A stretch of 24,000 nucleotides of DNA from Leptotrichia sp. OH3620_COT-345 (GCF_003932895.1 NZ_RQYW01000006.1:113243-137242); one strand, 5' to 3'. Counted from the first letter of the stretch, positions 1-12,570 are shown. A program made the numbers and translations. The notes: generated from the sequence alone by a model not told the origin.

Positions 1-1
1 T

Positions 2-763
2 AAATTTATACAAATAGGAAGCGGGACGGAGAAAATAGAAGAAGAACTTAAAGGAATATTTTCAGAGGCAAGAATAATAAGAATAGATTCGGAAACCGTA
101 AAAACGAAAAAAGACTATGAAAATATATATAACGATTTTAAAAACGGTAAATATGATATAATGCTTGGAACACAGATTATCGCCAAAGGATTTCATTTTC
201 CAAATGTAACTCTCGTAGGAATAGTAAACTCGGACATAATACTCAATTTTCCTGATTTCAGAGCGGGAGAAAAAACATTCCAACTTCTTGTTCAGTCGGC
301 AGGCAGGGCAGGGAGAGAGAAAAAAGAGGGAAAAGTTATAATTCAGACATTTAACAAAGAAAATGAAGTTATAAAGAAAACAATAAAAAATGACTATGAA
401 GGTTATTTTGAAAAGGAAATGGAAATAAGAAAACTGCTTAATTACCCTCCTTATGGAAGACTTATTATCGGAATACTTTCATCTGATGAGGAAAAAGGTT
501 TGGAAGAAAAAGTAAAGTTATTTTATAATAAAGTTTCGGATATGGCAAAAGCAAAAATAAAATTTCGAAAAAATGAATTTATTTCAGAGCCTTTTAAAGC
601 TCCTATATATAAGATAAACGGGAGATTCAGATATCAGATATTTATGAAATTTAACAGAAGCAACATAACTAAAATCAAAAATATAATAAAAACAGTATTA
701 AACGGCTATAAGGAAAAGAATATAAGAATAAGTATAGATGTAGATCCTATATCAATGTTTTAA
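2..763 (+). CDS. priA: Primosomal replication restart helicase PriA, C-terminal part (5' end lies outside the window)
   Basis: The frame of the 161..763 ORF stays open back to the window edge (KFIQIGSGTEKIEEELKGIF...). It carries superfamily-2 helicase C-terminal motifs: MLGTQIIAKGFHFPNVTLVGIV, PDFRAGEKTFQLLVQSAGRAGR (QxxGRAGR) and IIQT. The conserved priA-def-fmt gene order follows. Confidence 0.85.
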   Translation, partial: KFIQIGSGTEKIEEELKGIFSEARIIRIDSETVKTKKDYENIYNDFKNGKYDIMLGTQIIAKGFHFPNVTLVGIVNSDIILNFPDFRAGEKTFQLLVQSAGRAGREKKEGKVIIQTFNKENEVIKKTIKNDYEGYFEKEMEIRKLLNYPPYGRLIIGILSSDEEKGLEEKVKLFYNKVSDMAKAKIKFRKNEFISEPFKAPIYKINGRFRYQIFMKFNRSNITKIKNIIKTVLNGYKEKNIRISIDVDPISMF

Positions 764-968
764 ATTAATTAAAAAAATAATATAAATGTGGTAAAATATA
801 AATAGAAAAAATTCTATGTATGGATTTTAAATGTGAAAATATATAAAAACATTGAAAAAGTTATTGTATAAATAAAAAAGTTTGTAATTTTTCAAGAAAT
901 AAAAAATTAATATAGATTTAATTTTTAAGTTTCTGGTTTGATTTTTTATAAGAAGAGAAAGGAAAAAA

Positions 969-1481
969 ATGAAAATAGTTTTGTATGAACACCCGACTCT
1001 CAGAACGAAATCTGAAAATGTGGAAAAAATAGATGACGAGCTGAAAAAAACATTGGATGAAATGGTGGAAACAATGAGAAAAGCCAATGGAGTAGGTCTT
1101 GCAGCAAATCAGGTAAACATACCTAAAAGATTTTTTGTACTTGAAGTCGAAAATATTGTAAAAAAAATAATAAATCCCGAAATACTTGAAAAAAGTGTTG
1201 AAACGGTAGAATACGAAGAGGGATGTCTCAGTATACCGGGAGTTTATAAAAAGGTGAGCAGACCGTCAGAAATAAAAGTAAAATACTTGAATGAAAACAG
1301 TGAAGAAGTAATTGAAAATTTAAGTGAAATGTGGGCAAGAGCTTTTCAGCATGAACTTGACCATCTTGACGGAGTGTTATTTATAGACAGAATTTCAGTT
1401 CTGAATAAAAGACTTATTTTAAAAAAGCTGGAATTAATGAAAAAAGAATTTGCAAAAGGGAAAAAATATAGAGAAGATTAG
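969..1481 (+). CDS. def: Peptide deformylase
   Basis: All three deformylase motifs are present: GVGLAANQ, EGCLSIPG and QHELDHLDG. ATG start with an A/G-rich leader, and fmt lies immediately downstream. Confidence 0.95.
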   Translation: MKIVLYEHPTLRTKSENVEKIDDELKKTLDEMVETMRKANGVGLAANQVNIPKRFFVLEVENIVKKIINPEILEKSVETVEYEEGCLSIPGVYKKVSRPSEIKVKYLNENSEEVIENLSEMWARAFQHELDHLDGVLFIDRISVLNKRLILKKLELMKKEFAKGKKYRED

Positions 1482-1543
1482 TAAGGGAATGAGTATAAAA
1501 ATTTAGTATGTTTATATTTTTATAGATGGGAGGAGAAAAAATA

Positions 1544-2476
1544 GTGAAGACAATATTTATGGGAACACCTGAATTTGCAATTCCGAGTTTGGAAACAGTT
1601 TATAAAAATACAGACTTGAAACTGATTTTTACTAAGGAAGATAAACCTAATGCAAGAGGAAATAAAATAGTGTATTCTCCTGTGAAACAGTTCGGCCTGG
1701 ACAAAGATATAGAAATATTACAGCCTAAAAAACTTAAAGATGCGGAAATTATAGAAAAAATAAAAGAAATAAATCCTGATTTAATAGTAGTTGTAGCTTA
1801 TGGGAAAATTATACCGAAAGAAATTATAGATATTCCGAAATATGGGATTATAAATGTTCATTCTTCTCTTTTACCTAAATATAGAGGTGCTTCACCTATT
1901 CATTCGGCAATATTGAATGGAGATACTGAAACAGGTGTGAGTATAATGTACATAGAAGAAGAGCTTGATGCGGGAGATGTTATACTTAAAGAATACTGTG
2001 ATATAAAAGAAAATGATACTTTAGGTACATTACATAATAAGCTCAAAGAATTGGGAGCTATGGGTCTGGAGAAAACTTTGAAAATGATTGCTGATGGAAG
2101 TGTAAAGGCTGAAAAGCAGAATGATTCCGAAGCCACTTTTGTAAAACCTATTTCAAAGAAGCAGGCAAAAATTGATTGGACAGATACAAGAGAAAATATA
2201 TATAATAAAATAAGAGGTTTAAATCCTTTTCCCGGAGCTTATACATTCAGTGAAAAAAATCAAAATATAAAAGTGTATAAAGGAGAAAAGATTGATAAAA
2301 TTTATGAAGGTGAATTTGGAGAGATTGTAGAAATAATTAATAAAAAAGGTCCTGTAGTAAAAGTTCGGAATGGAGGTATAATATTGTTAGAATTAAAATT
2401 TGAAGGAAAGAAAATTCAGACAGGAACTGATATTATAAATGGACGGAAACTAATAATCGGAGATAAATTAATATAA
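1544..2476 (+). CDS. fmt: Methionyl-tRNA formyltransferase
   Basis: N-terminal IFMGTPEFA, the HSSLLPKYRGASPI motif, and a C-terminal formyltransferase domain. The ORF is open from ATG 1526, but GGGAGGAG (1528-1535) sits 8 nt before GTG 1544. That start gives the usual short N-terminus (VKTIFMGTPEF), so 1544 is preferred and 1526 remains possible. Confidence 0.92.
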   Translation: MKTIFMGTPEFAIPSLETVYKNTDLKLIFTKEDKPNARGNKIVYSPVKQFGLDKDIEILQPKKLKDAEIIEKIKEINPDLIVVVAYGKIIPKEIIDIPKYGIINVHSSLLPKYRGASPIHSAILNGDTETGVSIMYIEEELDAGDVILKEYCDIKENDTLGTLHNKLKELGAMGLEKTLKMIADGSVKAEKQNDSEATFVKPISKKQAKIDWTDTRENIYNKIRGLNPFPGAYTFSEKNQNIKVYKGEKIDKIYEGEFGEIVEIINKKGPVVKVRNGGIILLELKFEGKKIQTGTDIINGRKLIIGDKLI

Positions 2477-2517
2477 AATCTGTATAAATAAATTTAGCTA
2501 TCTGTAGGAGGAATTAA

Positions 2518-3174
2518 ATGAAGTTGAAAAAAAGCGATATATCCGATCGAGTTGTTCAAAGACTCACTGAATACTTATCAATTTTAAAAGAAGTTCGGAA
2601 ATATGAAGACGGAATAAATTCCATAGAACTTTCAAAAATTATGGATACTACATCGGCACAAGTCAGAAAAGATTTATCAACATTTGGAGAATTTGGAGTA
2701 AGGGGAAAAGGTTATGATATAGAAAAATTAATTGAAATTATTGAAGATATTTTAGGAATAAACAAAGTAAACAATGTTATTATAGTAGGGCATGGGAAAA
2801 TGGGTGAAATGATAACATCAAACAGTAAGGTTTTAGGAAAAGGATTTAAAATCGTAGGAGTTTTTGATAAAGATAAGAAAAAAATAGGAACTAACATTCC
2901 TGATTTAAAAATGGAAGTGAAAGATGTGGAAGTTGTGGGTGAATTTATAAAAAGCTCTTCTGAAAATCTTGAGACAGCCATATTGGCAGTTGTAAAGGAG
3001 CAGGCACAGATTGCAGCGGAAAAGCTTATAAAAGACGGAATAAAGGCAATACTCAATATGACGACGTATAAACTGGAACTTCCTAAAAATATAGTAGTTG
3101 TAGATATTGATATTTCAGCAAGACTGCAAGAATTGAATTTTTGGAGATTGAATATCGGCAGTAAGGAGGATTAG
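2518..3174 (+). CDS. rex: Redox-sensing transcriptional repressor Rex
   Basis: N-terminal winged-helix region (VVQRLTEYLSILKE..., SSIELSKIMDTTSAQVRKDLSTFGEFGVRGKGY) followed by a Rossmann fold (VIIVGHGKMG). A strong RBS, GGAGGA, lies 6-7 nt upstream of the ATG. Confidence 0.9.
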   Translation: MKLKKSDISDRVVQRLTEYLSILKEVRKYEDGINSIELSKIMDTTSAQVRKDLSTFGEFGVRGKGYDIEKLIEIIEDILGINKVNNVIIVGHGKMGEMITSNSKVLGKGFKIVGVFDKDKKKIGTNIPDLKMEVKDVEVVGEFIKSSSENLETAILAVVKEQAQIAAEKLIKDGIKAILNMTTYKLELPKNIVVVDIDISARLQELNFWRLNIGSKED

Positions 3175-3175
3175 C

Positions 3176-4027
3176 TTGATAAAAATAGATGGAAAAGGTG
3201 TCTCTCAGAAAATTTTAGCATATATAAGAAAAGAGCATGACATATTAAAAGAAAAATATGGAAGATCTGCAGGGTTAGGAGTAATAATAGTAGGAGATAA
3301 TCCTGCATCTAAAGTTTATGTGAATAATAAAATAAAAGCATGTGAAAATGTAGGTTTTTATTCTGAAACGATAAGTCTCGGAGGAAATATAACCGAGAAA
3401 GATTTAATAAAAGAAATTGAAAGATTAAATAAAAATAATAAAATAGATGGAATATTGGTTCAATTACCTTTGCCTAATCATATAAACGAACTTAAAATAA
3501 CCGAAACTATTTTTCCTGAGAAAGATGTAGACGGTTTTCATCCTTTAAATATAGGGAAAATGGTAATAGGAGATAATACGGGATTTTTGCCGTGCACACC
3601 TTATGGAATTATACAACTTTTTGAAGAATACGGAATAGATCCTGCGGGAAAAGATACCGTAATAATAGGTAGAAGCAATATAGTAGGAAAACCTGCGGCT
3701 CTTATGCTTATACAAAGAGGAGCAACTGTGCAGGTGTGCAATACAAAAACTAAAAATATAAATGAAAAGTTAAAAAATGCAGATATTATAATATCTGCAG
3801 CAGGAGTTCCAAATTTGATAAAGGGAACTGATGTAAAAGAAGGGGCAGTCGTAATTGATGTAGGAATAAATAGAGTAAAAGGTAAATTGTGTGGAGATGT
3901 AAACTATGAAGAAGCGTCTGAAAAAGTAGGATATATTACTCCCGTGCCGGGTGGAGTAGGTCCTATGACAATAGCAGGGCTAATAAAAAATACATTCAAG
4001 TCATACATTAATAAAGTTGAAAAATAG
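3176..4027 (+). CDS. folD: Bifunctional methylenetetrahydrofolate dehydrogenase / methenyl-THF cyclohydrolase FolD
   Basis: Motifs VIIVGDNPASKVYVNNK, DGILVQLPLP, DVDGFHP, VIIGRSNIVGKP and TPVPGGVGPMT. TTG start at 3176 with AGGAGG 6 nt upstream. Confidence 0.93.
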   Translation: MIKIDGKGVSQKILAYIRKEHDILKEKYGRSAGLGVIIVGDNPASKVYVNNKIKACENVGFYSETISLGGNITEKDLIKEIERLNKNNKIDGILVQLPLPNHINELKITETIFPEKDVDGFHPLNIGKMVIGDNTGFLPCTPYGIIQLFEEYGIDPAGKDTVIIGRSNIVGKPAALMLIQRGATVQVCNTKTKNINEKLKNADIIISAAGVPNLIKGTDVKEGAVVIDVGINRVKGKLCGDVNYEEASEKVGYITPVPGGVGPMTIAGLIKNTFKSYINKVEK

Positions 4028-4056
4028 TGAGATATAGAAATCAGGAGGAAGATTTT

Positions 4057-4542
4057 ATGAAAGAAAAAATAAAGTTTATAAAAGAATTAGCTAAAAGTAT
4101 GAATGAAAATAAGTTGGACAGTCTGCAATATGAAGAAAATAACTTTGAAATCCAGTTAAGAAAAAGAGAAAAAGAAAAAAGGACTGTTTTTTATGGAGGA
4201 GCCCCTGTAAATATTCAGTCAGGAGGAAGTAATGCTGCAGTACAGGAAACTATCTCCGAAAATACTGTACCGGTTGCACAACTAACCGAAGCAATCGAAG
4301 AAGTCAGCGGAATAAAAATAGAGTCACCGATGGTAGGGACTTTTTATATAGCTCCGTCACCTACATCGGCACCATTTATAAAAGAAGGAGATAACGTATC
4401 TGAAGGTCAGACATTATGTATAGTAGAAGCTATGAAACTTATGAATGAAGTAAAATCTTCAGTCTCGGGAAAGATAAAGAAAATAATGGTGAAAGACGGA
4501 GAAGCGATAAAAAAAGGACAGACTTTAGTTATAATAGAATAA
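4057..4542 (+). CDS. accB: Biotin carboxyl carrier protein (AccB-type biotinyl/lipoyl domain protein)
   Basis: The C-terminal biotinyl domain reads SPMVGTFYIAPSP...GQTLCIVEAMKLMNEV, containing the EAMK biotinylation motif. The N-terminal half is AccB-like and Ala/Pro-poor. ATG 4057 has AGGAGG 8 nt upstream. The GTG at 4027 given in the ORF track overlaps the folD stop and has no RBS. Confidence 0.85.
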   Translation: MKEKIKFIKELAKSMNENKLDSLQYEENNFEIQLRKREKEKRTVFYGGAPVNIQSGGSNAAVQETISENTVPVAQLTEAIEEVSGIKIESPMVGTFYIAPSPTSAPFIKEGDNVSEGQTLCIVEAMKLMNEVKSSVSGKIKKIMVKDGEAIKKGQTLVIIE

Positions 4543-4583
4543 CGGAGTTAAGAGGGATTATTTAAAGGAAGGTGTAATATATT

Positions 4584-5903
4584 TTGGAAGAACAGAGGAT
4601 TTGGATAAAAATAGTTTTATTATCGGTATTATTATTTTTATCGGCTTTTTTTTCAGCAGCGGAAGCTGCACTAACATCACTTAAAAGAATTCATATAGGA
4701 GATATAAAAGGGAAAAATTCCAAAGAAGGAATACTTCTTAAATTATGGCTCAAAAATCCCAATGAACTTTTGACGACACTTTTATTCGGGAAAACTGTAG
4801 TATATATCCTTTTTATAATGCTGTCGATGATGTTATCTGAAAATTGTTATGAACTTTTTTTCAGACATATTAATAAATCATTTTATATATTTGGGGTATT
4901 TATTATTACTACTGCCGTTATGCTTATAGCTGCCGAAATTACACCGAGAGTGTTTGCAAAAAATAATGTATCTAAAATGTCGAAAACTTTAATAGTGCCT
5001 CTAAATACAGTAAGAATTATTTTAAGACCCGCAATTTTATTTTTTCTTGAAGTGGCAAAATTTATAATAAAACTATTTGGGATAAAAGTACAGGATCAGA
5101 TGTTTGAAATCACGGAGGAAGATATAAAAACATTTGTTAAAGAAGGAACTGAAGTAGGAGTAATTGAAGAAGGTGAAGAAGAAATGATTCACAGTATATT
5201 CGAATTTTCAGATACTACGGTTAAGGAAATTCTTACACCCAGAACAATGGTTTTTGCCCTTGATATGGAGAGAACTCTCGGAGATGTCTGGGATGAAGTT
5301 GTCGAACAAGGATTTTCAAGAATTCCCGTATATAATGAAACTATAGATAAAATAGTTGGAATAGTACATATGAAGGATTTGATAAAATATGACAGAAAAC
5401 AGAATTCCGACTTGAAAATCGGGGAATTAATGAAGGAAGCCTATTTTGTCCCGACGACAAAAACACTTGTGGAACTTCTTGAAGAATTTAAGAGAAAACA
5501 GTCACATATGGCAATAATAATTGATGAATATGGAGGAACTCTGGGAATTGTAACTATAGAAGATCTTCTTGAAGAAATTGTAGGAGAAATAAGAGATGAA
5601 TTTGATCAGGAAGAAGAAAGCATACAGCAGATTAGGGAAAAAATATTTGATATAAAGGGAGATACGATTATAGAAGAGTTAAATGACGAGTTAGAAATAA
5701 ATATACCCCTTTCTGAAGAATACGATACTGTTTCAGGATATGTTCAGGATGAACTTGGAAAAGTTGCAGAGCTGGGAGATCAAGTAAAAGGTAATGGATT
5801 TATCTTGAAAGTAATGGAAGTGGATAATAAGAGAATAGAAAAAATAAGAGTGGTAATTACTGAAAAAACTAATGAAGGGGATATCGATAATGGAAATGAT
5901 TAG
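4584..5903 (+). CDS. CNNM/CorC/HlyC(TlyC)-family membrane protein: DUF21 transmembrane domain, CBS pair and CorC_HlyC C-terminal domain
   Basis: About 190 aa of N-terminal hydrophobic helices, then IHSIFEFSDTTVKEILTPR, then two CBS-like repeats (GFSRIPVY..., HMAIIIDEYGGTLGIVTIEDLLEEIVGEI). The C-terminal transporter-associated domain follows. TTG start with GGAAGGTG upstream. Confidence 0.85.
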   Translation: MEEQRIWIKIVLLSVLLFLSAFFSAAEAALTSLKRIHIGDIKGKNSKEGILLKLWLKNPNELLTTLLFGKTVVYILFIMLSMMLSENCYELFFRHINKSFYIFGVFIITTAVMLIAAEITPRVFAKNNVSKMSKTLIVPLNTVRIILRPAILFFLEVAKFIIKLFGIKVQDQMFEITEEDIKTFVKEGTEVGVIEEGEEEMIHSIFEFSDTTVKEILTPRTMVFALDMERTLGDVWDEVVEQGFSRIPVYNETIDKIVGIVHMKDLIKYDRKQNSDLKIGELMKEAYFVPTTKTLVELLEEFKRKQSHMAIIIDEYGGTLGIVTIEDLLEEIVGEIRDEFDQEEESIQQIREKIFDIKGDTIIEELNDELEINIPLSEEYDTVSGYVQDELGKVAELGDQVKGNGFILKVMEVDNKRIEKIRVVITEKTNEGDIDNGND

Positions 5904-6342
5904 GCCGAGAGTCAGAGTAGCAGGGGTTTTAATAGAAAATGAGAAGATACTTTTAATAGAACATTCCAAAAATGAAAAAAAATATTGGCTTGTGCCTGGA
6001 GGGGGAGTGGATTGGGGAGAAAGTACAGCAGAATCCTTAATAAGGGAGTACAAAGAGGAAACAAATCTTGATATAGAAGTACAAAGTTTTCTTTTTCTGT
6101 CTGAAACTTTAGCTCCTGATAAGAAAAAGCATGTGATAAATCTATACTTTAAAATAAAAAGAAAAAGCTGTTCAGAAGAGAATATGAAATTGGGAAATGA
6201 AGAAATGCTCACAGACCTTAGATTTTTCACGAAAGATGAAATAATGGATATAAAGTTATATCCCAATATAAAGGATCAGCTCGTACAATTATTAAATAAA
6301 GAAAAAATAGTCCCGTATTTAGGTTTGTTGTGGGATAAATAG
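5890..6342 (+). CDS. NUDIX family hydrolase
   Basis: Canonical Nudix box GGGVDWGESTAESLIREYKEETNL (Gx5Ex7REUxEExGU). The ORF is open from ATG 5872, but GAAGGGGA precedes ATG 5890 at good spacing (ATG 5896 is also possible). It overlaps the end of the upstream gene (stop at 5901-5903), which suggests translational coupling. Confidence 0.8.
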   Translation: MEMIRPRVRVAGVLIENEKILLIEHSKNEKKYWLVPGGGVDWGESTAESLIREYKEETNLDIEVQSFLFLSETLAPDKKKHVINLYFKIKRKSCSEENMKLGNEEMLTDLRFFTKDEIMDIKLYPNIKDQLVQLLNKEKIVPYLGLLWDK

Positions 6343-6355
6343 GAGGAAATAAAAA

Positions 6356-6886
6356 ATGACAGTTAACGAAAAAAAAGAAGTGCAGGATCTCATAAGATCT
6401 ATTCCGGATTTTCCTGAAAAGGGAATTATATTTAGGGATATTACCACAGCATTAAAAGATAAAAAAGGACTTCATCTTATAATAAAAGATTTTACAGACA
6501 GATATATAGATAAAGGAATTGATTATGTTTTAGGAGCTGATGCAAGAGGATTTATTTTCGGTGCAGCTATCGCTTACAATATAGGTGCAGGATTTGTTCC
6601 TGCGAGAAAAGTCGGGAAATTACCTGCAGAAACTGAAAAAGTGGAATATGAGCTTGAATACGGGAAAAACAGTATAGAAATACATAAAGATGCCTTTGAA
6701 AAAGGAGCTAAAGTACTTATTGTAGATGATCTTCTGGCAACAGGAGGAACAGCTGCGGCAATGGTTCAGTTAGTTGAAAAGCTTAAGGCGGAAGTTTATG
6801 AACTGGCTTTTCTTATTGAGCTGGCAGAATTAAAAGGAAGAGATGTTTTATCAGGTCACAATGTCTATTCTCAATTAAAATACTAA
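6356..6886 (+). CDS. apt: Adenine phosphoribosyltransferase
   Basis: FPEKGIIFRDITT, GADARGFIFG and the PRPP-binding motif VLIVDDLLATGGT. RBS AGGAGG upstream. apt-relA adjacency is a common conserved arrangement. Confidence 0.93.
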   Translation: MTVNEKKEVQDLIRSIPDFPEKGIIFRDITTALKDKKGLHLIIKDFTDRYIDKGIDYVLGADARGFIFGAAIAYNIGAGFVPARKVGKLPAETEKVEYELEYGKNSIEIHKDAFEKGAKVLIVDDLLATGGTAAAMVQLVEKLKAEVYELAFLIELAELKGRDVLSGHNVYSQLKY

Positions 6887-6896
6887 AATTTCGACG

Positions 6897-6931
6897 GTTG
6901 TTGACTGAATGTAAGTCAGCAACTTTATTTT
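6897..6931 (+). terminator. Rho-independent terminator after apt
   Basis: A 10-bp stem, GTTGTTGACT (6897-6906) paired with AGTCAGCAAC (6914-6923), has one G-U pair and a 7-nt loop. It is followed by TTTATTTT. It starts 11 nt after the apt stop. Confidence 0.75.
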
Positions 6932-6983
6932 AATAATATATGAAATGTAAAAGTGTTTATAGGATAGGAAACGGAGAGAACTT

Positions 6984-10332
<3,349 letters not shown>

Positions 10333-10375
10333 GAATTAGTAATATTTTTTAAAAAAGTGAATAAAATACAGTAAA

Positions 10376-10405
10376 TTGACAATAATGATAAAATTTTTGT
10401 ATAAT
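10376..10405 (+). promoter_or_regulatory. Sigma-70-type promoter for ylxM-ffh
   Basis: TTGACA (10376-10381), an 18-nt spacer, then TATAAT (10400-10405). AGGTG and ATG 10415 follow just downstream. The TTG start at 10376 in the ORF track is this -35 hexamer. Confidence 0.6.
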
Positions 10406-10414
10406 AGGTGCATT

Positions 10415-10744
10415 ATGGATAAACTGGAAGATTTTTTAAAATATTCCATACTGTTTTCGTATTACAGGGAGTTGTTCTCGAAAAAGCAGAAACAGTATTT
10501 GGAATTATATCTTGAGGAAAATGGTTCTTTAAGTGAAATTGCGGAAGAATATGGAATTACGAGACAAGCTGTCTTCGATAATATAAAAAGAGGTTTTAAG
10601 CAGCTTGATGAATATGAGGAAAAGCTGAAAATATTTGAAAAAGAAAAAGAGTTGAAAAAAAAACTGGAAAATTTAAAAAACAATTTTTCAAGAGAAAATT
10701 TGGAAAAGATAATAGAAGATTTTGATTATAATGAGGTGCTTTAA
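10415..10744 (+). CDS. ylxM: YlxM/UPF0122 small helix-turn-helix protein (sigma-70 region 4-like) upstream of ffh
   Basis: About 110 aa with LFSYYRELFSKKQKQYLELYLEENGSLSEIAEEYGITRQAVFDNIKR, typical of YlxM. It sits directly upstream of ffh and overlaps it by a TAATG junction. The start is set at ATG 10415, downstream of the promoter. Confidence 0.8.
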   Translation: MDKLEDFLKYSILFSYYRELFSKKQKQYLELYLEENGSLSEIAEEYGITRQAVFDNIKRGFKQLDEYEEKLKIFEKEKELKKKLENLKNNFSRENLEKIIEDFDYNEVL

Positions 10745-12078
10745 TGTTTAATAATTTAGGTGACAGATTTAAGGATATATTTAAAAAGGTGAGAGGTCAG
10801 GGCAAATTGACTGAAGCCAATATGAAAGAAGCTCTAAGAGAAGTAAGACTGGCATTACTTGAAGCAGATGTAAATTATACAGTTGCTAAAAATTTTGTCG
10901 GTAAAATAAGGGAAAAAGCTCTAGGAGAAGATGTAATAAAAGGAGTGAATCCTACACAGCAGTTTATAAAAATAGTAAATGACGAACTTGTGGAAGTTCT
11001 TGGAGGAACAAATGTCCTTATAGCAAAGGCTTCTAAAGCTCCTACAATAATAATGCTTTCAGGATTACAGGGAGCAGGAAAGACCACTTTTGCAGGGAAA
11101 TTGTCAAAATATCTGAAATCCAGAGGAGAAAGCCCTTTTTTAATCGGAGCTGATGTTTACAGACCGGCAGCGAAAAAACAGCTTAAAGTTCTTGGTGAAC
11201 AGGTGAAAGTTCCATCTTTTACCATTGATGACAGTACAGATGTTATTGAAATATGTAAAAAAGGTATAGAAGAAGCAAAAAACATTCATGCCACTTATGT
11301 AATAATAGATACGGCGGGACGTCTTCATATTGATGAAGAACTGATGAACGAACTAAAAAATATAAAAGGCAGATTTGCACCTCATGAAATACTCCTTGTA
11401 GTTGACGGAATGACAGGACAGGATGCGGTAAATGTAGCAAAAACATTTAATGAGCAGTTGGATATAACAGGAGTTGTTCTAACTAAACTTGATGGAGATA
11501 CCCGTGGAGGAGCGGCTCTTTCTGTAAAGGAAGTGGCAGGAAAACCGATAAAATTTATAAGTGAAGGAGAAAAACTGGATGATATTGCACCTTTTCATCC
11601 TGACAGACTTGCTTCCAGAATATTGGGAATGGGAGATGTAGTTTCTCTTGTGGAAAAGGCACAGGAAGCAATTGATGAAAATGAAGCAAAAAAAATGGAA
11701 GAAAAATTTAGAAAAAATCAGTTTGATTTTGAAGATTTTCTGAAGCAGTTTAAAATGATAAGAAAAATGGGCTCTCTTGCAGGAATTATGAAAATGATAC
11801 CCGGAGTGGACACAAGTGCTATTGACATGGTTAATGCCGAAAAGGAAATGAAAAGGGTAGAAGGAATAATATTCTCAATGACGGTTCAAGAAAGAAGAGA
11901 ACCGAAATTACTTAACGGAAGCAGGAAAATAAGAATTGCCAAAGGTAGCGGAGTGGAAGTCAGTGATGTAAACAGGCTTATAAAGCAGTTTGAGCAGATG
12001 AAACAGATGATGAAAATGTTTAACAGCGGGGCTATACCGGGTTTAGGCGGAGGGATACGCGGTAAGAAGAAGAGATAA
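10744..12078 (+). CDS. ffh: Signal recognition particle protein Ffh
   Basis: N domain, then GTPase motifs GLQGAGKTT, DTAGR and TKLDGD. The C-terminal M domain is Met-rich (KMIRKMGSLAGIMKMIPG..., QMKQMMKMF). Confidence 0.96.
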   Translation: MFNNLGDRFKDIFKKVRGQGKLTEANMKEALREVRLALLEADVNYTVAKNFVGKIREKALGEDVIKGVNPTQQFIKIVNDELVEVLGGTNVLIAKASKAPTIIMLSGLQGAGKTTFAGKLSKYLKSRGESPFLIGADVYRPAAKKQLKVLGEQVKVPSFTIDDSTDVIEICKKGIEEAKNIHATYVIIDTAGRLHIDEELMNELKNIKGRFAPHEILLVVDGMTGQDAVNVAKTFNEQLDITGVVLTKLDGDTRGGAALSVKEVAGKPIKFISEGEKLDDIAPFHPDRLASRILGMGDVVSLVEKAQEAIDENEAKKMEEKFRKNQFDFEDFLKQFKMIRKMGSLAGIMKMIPGVDTSAIDMVNAEKEMKRVEGIIFSMTVQERREPKLLNGSRKIRIAKGSGVEVSDVNRLIKQFEQMKQMMKMFNSGAIPGLGGGIRGKKKR

Positions 12079-12363
12079 AATATTATAGAACTTTTTAGTA
12101 AAAAAATTTGAAAAAATAATTTTTATGTTTTATTCTTAATATTTTCCGAGAAAAATTTAAATATTGAAGAGGCAGCAGGATAATTCCATATATGAAAATC
12201 GAATATTTCTGATAGAAAAATTTTAACGGGCTTTGAAAGTAAAATGAATTATAGTAAAGGAAATAGAATTTATATAAAAAGAGAACTAAAAAATAAATAA
12301 TTTTAAAGAAAATTCACTTATTTATAGAGGAGTCCCGAAAAGGATTAGCGGAAAAAACTTATT

Positions 12364-12570
12364 ATGGAGAATTATCCGATTTATCTTAATTATTTACAAG
12401 GAAAACTGCCTACACGGAAAGAATGGAATGAATATAATAAAATTAAACATACTGATTACAGTATGGTATCAAGTAAAAACAAGACTGTGGAAATTGCGGA
12501 ATATGAAGAAAGTAAAGGTAATCCCGACTATTACGTTAAACCGGGAAGAATAGATTTTTACCTGAAATAA
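12364..12570 (+). CDS. Hypothetical small protein (68 aa), orphan ORF in the ffh-dacA gap
   Basis: This is the only ORF of 60 or more codons on the gene-sense strand in the gap. Its composition is protein-like (MENYPIYLNYLQGKLPTRKEWNEYNKIKHTDYS...GNPDYYVKPGRIDFYLK). There is no convincing Shine-Dalgarno at proper spacing; the nearest GGAG is about 32 nt upstream. I recognise no motif. Confidence 0.3.
   Translation: MENYPIYLNYLQGKLPTRKEWNEYNKIKHTDYSMVSSKNKTVEIAEYEESKGNPDYYVKPGRIDFYLK

Noticed and set aside
5733-6266. 177-aa minus-strand ORF antisense to the CorC 3' end and the NUDIX gene
   Set aside because: It has the Ser/Phe/Leu/Ile-rich low-complexity composition typical of the antisense frame of Lys/Glu-rich genes. 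It has no RBS and lies entirely inside well-supported + strand genes.
10376-10414. ORF-track N-terminal extensions: ylxM TTG 10376, accB GTG 4027, nagA TTG 20451, NUDIX ATG 5872, PTS GTG 18046
   Set aside because: The extended starts lack an RBS, or coincide with a promoter -35 hexamer (10376) or an SD sequence (20451). Internal ATGs with good SD spacing and family-typical N-termini are preferred.
12300-12363. preQ1 or other riboswitch upstream of the 68-aa ORF (prompted by tgt nearby)
   Set aside because: The sequence AGAGGAGTCCCGAAAAGGATTAGCGGAAAAAAC lacks the complementary CCTCT arm and the conserved A-rich tail pairing of preQ1-I. No other riboswitch core is recognisable.
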